A stretch of 19,684 nucleotides of DNA. It comes from Paramicrosporidium saccamoebae KSL3 (Eukaryota > Fungi > Cryptomycota). Position 1 is the first letter of the stretch; each line of letters starts with the position of its first letter. Made by a program: the position numbers and the translations under genes. The notes beneath the pieces were generated by a model, which searched no databases, was not told where the DNA came from, and was given only the letters and a program-made list of their open reading frames with translations. Location: NCBI GenBank assembly GCA_002794465.1, contig MTSL01000075.1:48381-68064 (forward strand), given 5' to 3'. This document shows positions 1 to 6,343 of this stretch, piece after piece.

Positions 1-536
1 AGTTGCATTTTTGCTCCGCCACAAACTGTGGGCTGTGGATAGTTGAGATTACACAAAGTTTAGTTGCAACTAAGCAACTTTTAATATAAAGCTGATGACG
101 GGAGCATGGCTTCCGATCTATCTGGCGATCGGTGTAGGTGACGTGATTAATGTGGTGTAAGGACCCTGTTGATGGGTGAGCTTACTTTTATTAAAGTATG
201 GGGCTTCTTTATAGGTAGCCATTCTTAATATAACCAAACTAGACTGTGGGATCGCTATCTGGATGTGGGTCGGGCTTGCCAATAATAAGTGGATGCTGTT
301 TAACAGACTCTTTTAGCGTATGAACCACTGCCGCACGTGCTTAACGAGAGAGTTGGTTTTATGCTGTAGAGCGTCTTTTAAAGGGCAAATGCCTTTATCT
401 GATCATGCTCCAAGCAGGAACTATCGCCCCTTGACGCCAGTTGTTTCACTACGTATCATAGTGGATTTACATCTCACATCCACCCATATTCTAAAAACCC
501 AACTTTACAAAATCCCACTGTTCTGTCTGAGCGAGC

Positions 537-668
537 AATATTCACATCAACATTCACGTCCAAATCCACATCCACGTCCAAATCCACATCCACATCCACG
601 TCCAAATCCACATCCACATCTACATCCACATCCACATCTACATCTACATCCACATCTGCATCCGCGTC
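537..668. repeat. Degenerate hexanucleotide tandem array, 22 units (minus-strand consensus GATGTG), containing an 18/24-bp higher-order unit
   Basis: Minus-strand units read GACGCG GATGCA GATGTG GATGTA GATGTA GATGTG ... with GATTTG GACGTG occurring three times ... AATGTT GATGTG AATATT. Directly visible. Confidence 0.95.
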
Positions 669-743
669 CACATACACAGTGATTGTTCCACAGCTTGCTC
701 ACAAACCTACAGCCAGGAAATTAAACTGCCCCTGCTGGCACAT

Positions 744-816
744 GCCCGGCTAGCTCAGTCGGTAGAGCGTGAGACTCTTAATCTCAATGTCGTGGGTTCG
801 AGCCCCACGCTGGGCG
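744..816 (+). tRNA. tRNA-Lys (CTT), 73 nt, intronless
   Basis: GCCCGGCTAGCTCAGTCGGTAGAGC 5' end, anticodon arm TGAGA-CTCTTAA-TCTCA, T-loop GTTCGAGC, acceptor GCCCGGC/GCTGGGC, discriminator G. Confidence 0.97.
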
Positions 817-820
817 TCGC

Positions 821-894
821 GGGTCTTTGGCGCAGTTGGTTAGCGTGGGAGTCTCATAATCTCCAGGTCCTGGGTTCGATCCCCAGAAGGCCCA
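821..894 (+). tRNA. elongator tRNA-Met (CAT), 74 nt, intronless
   Basis: Acceptor GGGTCTT/AAGGCCC, anticodon loop CTCATAA, T-loop GTTCGATC. G1-C72, T54 and a U31-U39 mismatch mark it as elongator, not initiator. Confidence 0.95.
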
Positions 895-897
895 GCG

Positions 898-901
898 TTT
901 T
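898..901 (+). terminator. Candidate Pol III terminator (T4) after the tRNA pair
   Basis: TTTT 3 nt after tRNA-Met; no T-run between the two tRNAs. Only four Ts. Confidence 0.5.
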
Positions 902-912
902 GCTGCATCGTT

Positions 913-967
913 GGGAGAAGGGGGGGGGTAATAGTGTGAAAGGGTAGGGTGGGCTGATTAGCTGGGG
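913..967 (+). other. G-tract cluster, potential G-quadruplex
   Basis: G3 913-915, G9 920-928, G3 942-944, G3 947-949, G3 951-953, G4 964-967. Confidence 0.5.
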
Positions 968-1198
968 ATCTGAGGTCAGTGAAATCTGTATCCTTCCAAT
1001 TTCAGGATTAAAGGTGAACAAGCTTTTTCATCTCTTCTGGTCTCATCTCTATCCGCCTGGCTTTGTCCATGACATCTTTTCCATTATGCGACAGTAAAAG
1101 TTGTTGATCGCAAGAGCCAATAAGAAAGAGTCTATTAAATAATATTTGCTTATGATTGGCGACCCCAACGCAGCCTAGAATCAGCTCCTGCCATCCTT

Positions 1199-1230
1199 AA
1201 TCCACAGTATATCTTTTCATACAGTGGATT
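1199..1230. promoter_or_regulatory. Inverted repeat AATCCACAGTAT / ATACAGTGGATT (11/12 bp, 8-nt loop) upstream of the first secreted gene
   Basis: Directly visible. A further TTAATCCAC copy lies at 1253-1261. Function unknown. Confidence 0.4.
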
Positions 1231-1330
1231 TTTATTAAAGGTTTAATCCACGACATACTTTCGCACAAGAAGCTACAACATGAACAGGCCGAACTTCCTC
1301 GCAGACTTGCCCGGGTTACGGCCGCGACAC

Positions 1331-2476
1331 ATGGCTTTAACATGGAGTTTATATACTGTATCGCTGCTTCTTCTCCTTCAAATAAGCGTCGTGTATCCTT
1401 GCAGTTTTGGTAGCGCTATTGGAAGCCTAACGGACACTATTCCGCGTGTGGATTTGGGCGGCAAAGAGACGATATTTTACCAGTCCCACGGAGACGCGCC
1501 CCAGCCATGTGGCCATCTTGTACTTGATGGTGACACGCTAATAACCAACTTTGGCGTTTGCAGTGCTGTAGGAGTACTCCGTCTCGATGATACAAACTGC
1601 TGGAATCTGGTCTATTCGGCCAAGGTCGTAAAGGGCGATCTTGTACTTGTTGTCATACAGAGAGAGTCTAATCATAATCCGCTTTGGTATTTTCAACAGC
1701 CCATTCAAGCGACCAATTTTCTTACGAAGCTAGAAAATTTTCTACGCACTGTTAACTCTGTTCCGGGAAGTTGGGCAGGCGGTTTTGTTATCGAACGAGA
1801 ACATGCCACAGAGGTAGCTAACAATAAGGTGGAGGTCCCAGCAACGACTCTGGAATTTGAAAGATCGAGACATGACAAGAGAGGACGTGATGAAGATGTC
1901 ACTGACGATAACGGACAGTTGAGATCCAAGAGGGTGAAGTGGCCCCACGTTGTCAACACAGTGTCGAAAGATCTGAGAATTAGCTCTCATTTCCCAGTTG
2001 GTTTCGAAAAGCTATCCATGTATAGCGCAAATTCCACCGACATACAGTTGGAGACAACGGTTCATTGGCTGACCGAATATAACGTTCAACGCAGCCTTCA
2101 ACGCAGTTGTGGGTGTACTCTGGATGGCAACATGGCCAACATTACGATCAAAAATGGTAGCTGGTCAGTCGTATTTCATGGTGACCAAAGAACGACAACT
2201 ATTGCAAACGGCGATGTCCGCAACGGTGTTGTCACTAAGCGCTCGATTGAAGTCCAGAAAGGAGATTTAATTCTACTTGAAGTACCTACGACCCATCAGA
2301 TTGACTATGACTCTATCAGCAAGATATCCATGATTCTTAGTGACTATATCTACATGATTAACTATGGACTTGCTAACCCGGCTGACTGTACTGCAACCAA
2401 AATTCTCCGAGATATTGTTGAGAAGATCCACTCTGAGGCTCCTGGAATTTCTGGAGCGATGATTTTGATAGAATAG
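1331..2476 (+). CDS. Secreted orphan protein (~381 aa): signal peptide, two internally repeated beta-rich domains, central bipartite NLS
   Basis: 398-codon ORF (first ATG 1280). The second ATG at 1331 starts a hydrophobic MALTWSLYTVSLLLLLQISVVYPC leader. Repeat motifs CGHLVLDG..KGDLVLV and CGCTLDG..KGDLILL; KRGRDEDVTDDNGQLRSKRVK at 1877-1939. Confidence 0.75.
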   Translation: MALTWSLYTVSLLLLLQISVVYPCSFGSAIGSLTDTIPRVDLGGKETIFYQSHGDAPQPCGHLVLDGDTLITNFGVCSAVGVLRLDDTNCWNLVYSAKVVKGDLVLVVIQRESNHNPLWYFQQPIQATNFLTKLENFLRTVNSVPGSWAGGFVIEREHATEVANNKVEVPATTLEFERSRHDKRGRDEDVTDDNGQLRSKRVKWPHVVNTVSKDLRISSHFPVGFEKLSMYSANSTDIQLETTVHWLTEYNVQRSLQRSCGCTLDGNMANITIKNGSWSVVFHGDQRTTTIANGDVRNGVVTKRSIEVQKGDLILLEVPTTHQIDYDSISKISMILSDYIYMINYGLANPADCTATKILRDIVEKIHSEAPGISGAMILIE

Positions 2477-2830
2477 TGGACGAACAGCACTCTATTAGTA
2501 AGGATTTCAGAACACTGGCACCCATTTAACCGAAACATGATAAGGAACAATTGACCGCCACTGATGCTCATGACTGATGCAAGCCACCGTACGTTTGAGT
2601 AGCCACTTTGATGATCAACCCCGCTGTAGCAGTAGAGTCATCGCCATATTGGAATACATCTGATGTAGCAATAGAAAATGCGGATTGGTCGGATCATTTA
2701 TCGTAATTTACCGGCACTACAAGCTCATATAGCAAGGAAGAACATGATTTTGCTACTACCGATTACGGCCGTCATGATAACAAAAACAATAAAAGCACTT
2801 TGGTGATAATCCCCGGTCGTGTGTTGAAAA

Positions 2831-3469
2831 ATGCTGACAGCCGTGTTCTTTTGCCTCTTGCAGTTGACTTTGTGTCTCCGATTTGGTCCTACTATTGGTA
2901 CCTTGCGTAACGATCTTGGCTCTGTTGTCAACGATGGTAAGACGCTTGAAATGGTACCGAGAGGCAATGCCACAACCCCCATGATAGCAAAGATTCTTAG
3001 AGGCGAGCGCATGGGATATCGTGGAGGTGGATCACAGTACATAATGCGTATCAGAAATGGAGACATAGTTCGCCTCACCCCAAGAACTAGAGTGCCGATA
3101 ATGGAGGGTGATCTTGTCGTTATGGTCTCGCCCTTGGACCCGACAGGCGACTTTCCTGTCTTTATCGCCCAAATACTGCAGTTGGCAAGACCAGAGGAAG
3201 TTCCACCGTTTGTAGAGGCTGTTTTGGAATCTGGCGAATACGCAATGGTGGCCACATACATCCAAAGCGACTCTGTGCAATCAGTAGCGCCCGCAGAATG
3301 CCTAAAACGTCCGAGTCCGATAATACTAACCGAGTCGCCGGCAAAAAGAGTACGCACTGAGGAAGAACCAACTCGACAAACCGTTATTGACGATCCTGTC
3401 GTAGATGCATTGGATCCATGCAAAGATACTGAATCCTTGCGTCCAGCTCTGGATCATGAAGCGCGTTAG
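2831..3469 (+). CDS. Secreted orphan protein (212 aa), paralog of the 1331 gene, with bipartite NLS
   Basis: Leader MLTAVFFCLLQLTLC; FGPTIGTL, GKT and EGDLVVM motifs collinear with the upstream gene; KRPSPIILTESPAKRVR at 3305-3355. Confidence 0.75.
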   Translation: MLTAVFFCLLQLTLCLRFGPTIGTLRNDLGSVVNDGKTLEMVPRGNATTPMIAKILRGERMGYRGGGSQYIMRIRNGDIVRLTPRTRVPIMEGDLVVMVSPLDPTGDFPVFIAQILQLARPEEVPPFVEAVLESGEYAMVATYIQSDSVQSVAPAECLKRPSPIILTESPAKRVRTEEEPTRQTVIDDPVVDALDPCKDTESLRPALDHEAR

Positions 3470-3546
3470 AAATTGGTAGAAATGAATAAAAATGGACACT
3501 TATGATGACCTGCGAAGTGATTGGGTGTCGATTGCCGGGGATTGAT

Positions 3547-4470
3547 ATGATGCGGTCGGATCGGTTTCTGTGTACTTGGCCCGAGTGTGGGAGGACGTAT
3601 TCAAAAATCTCCAAACTGAATGAACACGCACGATCTCATACCAACACAAGACCATACAGTTGTGACTATGAGGGCTGTGGAAAGACGTTTCTTCGAAATG
3701 GACACTTGCAAAGACACCGTCTGGCACACTCCGCAGAACGTCCCTATTCCTGTACACACTGTCCCAAAACCTTTGTCTTGCATCACCACCTTCGACGACA
3801 CGAACGTCTCCACGACGCGCCTGCCCACGTCTGTTCACAATGTGACACGGCGTTTGCACGGAAAGAACAGCTACGGCGACATTTAAGGACCCACGAACGA
3901 CGGACAAAGGTTTATGCGTGTGGGGTGGATGGATGTACGGAACAATTTTCAAAATGGACGTTGGTCGTTGCACATCGTCGCCTACATTCCTCAGGAGTCG
4001 TATGCAATGAGTGCGGAAAGACATTTGGACGTCGTCGGAACATGCAAGCGCATGTGCGACGCGTCCATGCAAAGATAGACCCTGTGGGCGGACAAGTCTG
4101 CGAACGAGAAGGCTGTGGCAAAGAGTTTTCGTCAAAAAATGCTCTCAAAGTCCACACGGCAACTGTGCATGACGGAATCAAACCTTATCAATGTGAGACG
4201 TGCACAAAAAGCTTTGGCCACAAACACTTGTTGGTTCGACATTGTCGGATCCACAGCACTGACCATGAGAAGGAAGACTTAGGTGAACCTGCGCCGGCAG
4301 TCTTGGTAGATGGCCTGCCAAACTTGGTGACAAGACTAACCGGATCGGGAGTATATGAAGAGCGACATTTAGAATGTCCGTTCATCGATTGTAGAAAGCG
4401 GTTTCAACGTGACTATGATTTGCATCGGCATCTCCAATCATTCCATCCGAATATGGAGGAGTGTCCGTAA
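3547..4470 (+). CDS. PZF1: Transcription factor IIIA (nine C2H2 zinc fingers)
   Basis: Eight contiguous C2H2 fingers, a spacer containing LTGSGVY, then an isolated ninth finger (CPFIDC...HLQSFH). This is the fungal TFIIIA layout. Start could be 3502, 3547 or 3550. Confidence 0.85.
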   Translation: MMRSDRFLCTWPECGRTYSKISKLNEHARSHTNTRPYSCDYEGCGKTFLRNGHLQRHRLAHSAERPYSCTHCPKTFVLHHHLRRHERLHDAPAHVCSQCDTAFARKEQLRRHLRTHERRTKVYACGVDGCTEQFSKWTLVVAHRRLHSSGVVCNECGKTFGRRRNMQAHVRRVHAKIDPVGGQVCEREGCGKEFSSKNALKVHTATVHDGIKPYQCETCTKSFGHKHLLVRHCRIHSTDHEKEDLGEPAPAVLVDGLPNLVTRLTGSGVYEERHLECPFIDCRKRFQRDYDLHRHLQSFHPNMEECP

Positions 4471-4526
4471 ATATAATGTTATTACCACTATATTTTGGAT
4501 GCACATAAAGTTTATAGAAACAATGA

Positions 4527-5351
4527 CTAAAATGGGGTTGCGCGTGATTCTTGTTCCAGCGCCAGTTGGATCGCACCGAGTTTGCTTTGGAGTACGCTGA
4601 TGGCTTGGAGCAAAACCTCTTCGGGCCTTAGAGAGCCCACCACTTCCACATCAAAAAAGAACCGATCGGGCATGCCCTTGACCTCGAAGGGTATGTTATT
4701 ACGCTCGTCTGGATAACTGCCTTCAGAGTATGCGCTTCGTGGCCATTCCTTGTTCACATCGTCCTCCACCCAAAAGTCTGTGTGTCGCAGCAGATTATCC
4801 GGGTCATATTCAAAGGAGACGGAGGAGACGGGACTCCATTTGGAATGTTCCTTTCCTACGCCCTTTTTGGCAATGCACTTTAGTCGGACCTCTTGGCCCT
4901 TGCGCAGCTTTACTAGCAGAATACCGGGAGCTGTAGTGGATGCATCATGGACTGGCCGTACCTCTGCATTATTACTCAAGAGTTCCTTGCTGGAGACATC
5001 CCGAGTAGTGTCTTCCTCGCACCGCACCTTTAGCGTCAGCTCAACCGAACAGTATTGACAATACTGCATGCAACTACAATCGCGACTGTATTTGAGCTCC
5101 TTTGCCCGGTGACTCAGTAACGGCACCAGTCCCATACGATGGGCGAGGAACTCGTCAACTAGTACAGAGGTATTTGCATCAAATTCAACCAAGTCGATGG
5201 CAATGGTGGGCACCTCTGAGAGCATAATTCGACGTAGTGCGTTGGCCACACTCAGGTCGCAGGAGGAAAGGACAAATTTGATATGGTCATCATTCAGCTC
5301 GGTAATGCTAATTTTGGGACCGCCAGCTACTTGGGCTGCAGACATGGCCAT
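4527..5351 (-). CDS. RPB3: RNA polymerase II subunit RPB3
   Basis: ANALRRIMLSEVPTIAID, DEFLAHRMGLVPL, zinc site CSCMQYCQYC, KLRKGQE, AKKGVGKEHSKWSP. Intronless. Confidence 0.97.
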   Translation of the reverse strand: MAMSAAQVAGGPKISITELNDDHIKFVLSSCDLSVANALRRIMLSEVPTIAIDLVEFDANTSVLVDEFLAHRMGLVPLLSHRAKELKYSRDCSCMQYCQYCSVELTLKVRCEEDTTRDVSSKELLSNNAEVRPVHDASTTAPGILLVKLRKGQEVRLKCIAKKGVGKEHSKWSPVSSVSFEYDPDNLLRHTDFWVEDDVNKEWPRSAYSEGSYPDERNNIPFEVKGMPDRFFFDVEVVGSLRPEEVLLQAISVLQSKLGAIQLALEQESRATPF

Positions 5352-5491
5352 GGCGGTACGGATCCCCTGTCCTGGCCGCTGGTAGGAAGAATGTGGGTGA
5401 CTAACGATATTGATGAGGGAACAGTATTAGATAGATAGGTATATAGTATGGTGAGACATTTTTTTCTACATTAAGCACTAATACAAAGGAT

Positions 5492-5855
5492 CTATGTATT
5501 TTTAGACTTTTTATCACATCTCTTTTTCCGCTCCCCTTTAGATTCCGCAGCTATTTTTCGCTTCTCCCTCGACTCTTTTGTTTTTTTCCTTTGTTTCTTT
5601 TCGTCGTTGCGGCCATCTCCTTTGACGTCTATTTTGATGGCAACTTTATCATACAGATTATCCCACCACGGCTCGAACAGGGACGACTTGTATCCGATGC
5701 CCTCTGTGTCTTTTTGCGAAACTACCGAAATCGGCCTCGATATTCCCTGGCCTTCCTTTCCCAGTCCCTTTCCCCTAAAGTATGAGATAACTGTGATGTG
5801 TGTACTCTTGCCAGCCATACTTTTGCAGCAGACGAGCAGCATAGTCATCCGACAT
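5492..5855 (-). CDS. G-patch protein, GPATCH4/TMA23-like (110 aa; exons 5855-5806 and 5774-5492)
   Basis: Removing a 31-nt intron gives MSDDYAARLLQKYGWQEGKGLGKEGQGISRPI...GIGY, then WWDNLYDK and a Lys-rich tail, as in GPATCH4/Tma23. The ORF track shows the wrong N-terminus. Confidence 0.85.
5775..5805 (-). other. Spliceosomal intron, 31 nt
   Basis: GTACAC...CTCATACTTTAG; required to restore the G-patch motif GWQEGKGLG. Confidence 0.9.
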
Positions 5856-5871
5856 GACCGGGGCGACCATC

Positions 5872-6231
5872 ATGGAGGATGCAGCAAGAGAACGACGGGC
5901 GCGTCTTGCTGCCCTCCGTCAGGGAAATGTGATAGAAACAGGGCCGTTGGATCCCACGGTAGCGGTGGCTTCCCCTGGATTAGAGCCTACTAGAAGGGAG
6001 GAGTTTGCCGGGTTAGAGCCTGTGACGGTATCGCTGGAAGAAAAGGCCAAGGAAACACTGCAAACGCTGGTAGTAGAGAGTGGACCGGTGGGACTGACGG
6101 AACTAGCGCCACGAAAAGCCAACTGGGATCTGAAACGCGATTTGGAACCCAAGCTCGAGAAATTGGAAGAGGTCACCCAAACGAGAATACGACAGATAAT
6201 TAGAGACAGAATGGCACAAAGTTCAGTGTAA
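5872..6231 (+). CDS. cwf18: Spliceosome-associated Cwf18/CCDC12 family protein
   Basis: N-terminal ARERRARLAALR and C-terminal LAPRKANWDLKRDLEPKLEKLE signature. Upstream in-frame ATG at 5854. Confidence 0.9.
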   Translation: MEDAARERRARLAALRQGNVIETGPLDPTVAVASPGLEPTRREEFAGLEPVTVSLEEKAKETLQTLVVESGPVGLTELAPRKANWDLKRDLEPKLEKLEEVTQTRIRQIIRDRMAQSSV

Positions 6232-6263
6232 TATATATATATTGTTGTGTCCTTTAAAGTCCC

Positions 6264-6343
6264 AAAGATGCCATAAGAGCGTTTCGTTTCTCTAATTTAG
6301 TACTTGTTAAAGATACCATAAGAGCGTTCTGTCTCTCTAATTT
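6264..6343. repeat. Tandem duplication, 45-bp period (35-bp copies at 6264-6298 and 6309-6343, 31/35 identical), spanning the GUP1 stop
   Basis: AAAGATGCCATAAGAGCGTTTCGTTTCTCTAATTT vs AAAGATACCATAAGAGCGTTCTGTCTCTCTAATTT. Confidence 0.92.

Noticed and set aside
34-42. TGTGGATAG, 8/9 match to a bacterial DnaA box
   Set aside because: The window is eukaryotic (spliceosomal introns, RPB3, TFIIIA); better explained as a copy of the local GTGGAT hexamer.
537-668. Array as a telomeric repeat or CRISPR
   Set aside because: It is internal, degenerate and flanked by unique DNA, has no spacers or cas genes, and does not match TTAGGG-type repeats.
320-682. Plus-strand 120-aa ORF with a Pro-His repeat
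   Set aside because: It is kept open by the hexamer array; repeat variants are non-conservative in this frame; no homology cues.
1008-1196. 63-codon open frame on the minus strand (…HNGKDVMDKARRIEMRPEEMKKLVHL)
   Set aside because: No ATG near its 5' end and no convincing intron to supply one; the length is within chance.
2609-2663. Box C (TGATGA) and box D (CTGA) suggesting a snoRNA
   Set aside because: Only about 55 nt apart, no terminal stem, and no recognisable rRNA guide.
2477-2860. Fusion of the 398-aa and 212-aa ORFs into one multi-exon gene
   Set aside because: No GT donor and YAG acceptor of suitable spacing bypasses TAG 2476. The second ORF has its own leader, homologous to the first ORF's leader.
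2725-4135. Long antisense ORFs (232 aa at 2725-3423, 211 aa at 3500-4135) and the other shadow ORFs over conserved genes
   Set aside because: They overlap better-supported genes on the opposite strand or in another frame and show no motifs.
744-5351. Functional cluster of transcription genes (tRNAs, TFIIIA, RPB3)
   Set aside because: TFIIIA acts on 5S genes, not tRNAs, and RPB3 is Pol II-specific; no 5S gene is present, so proximity is probably incidental.
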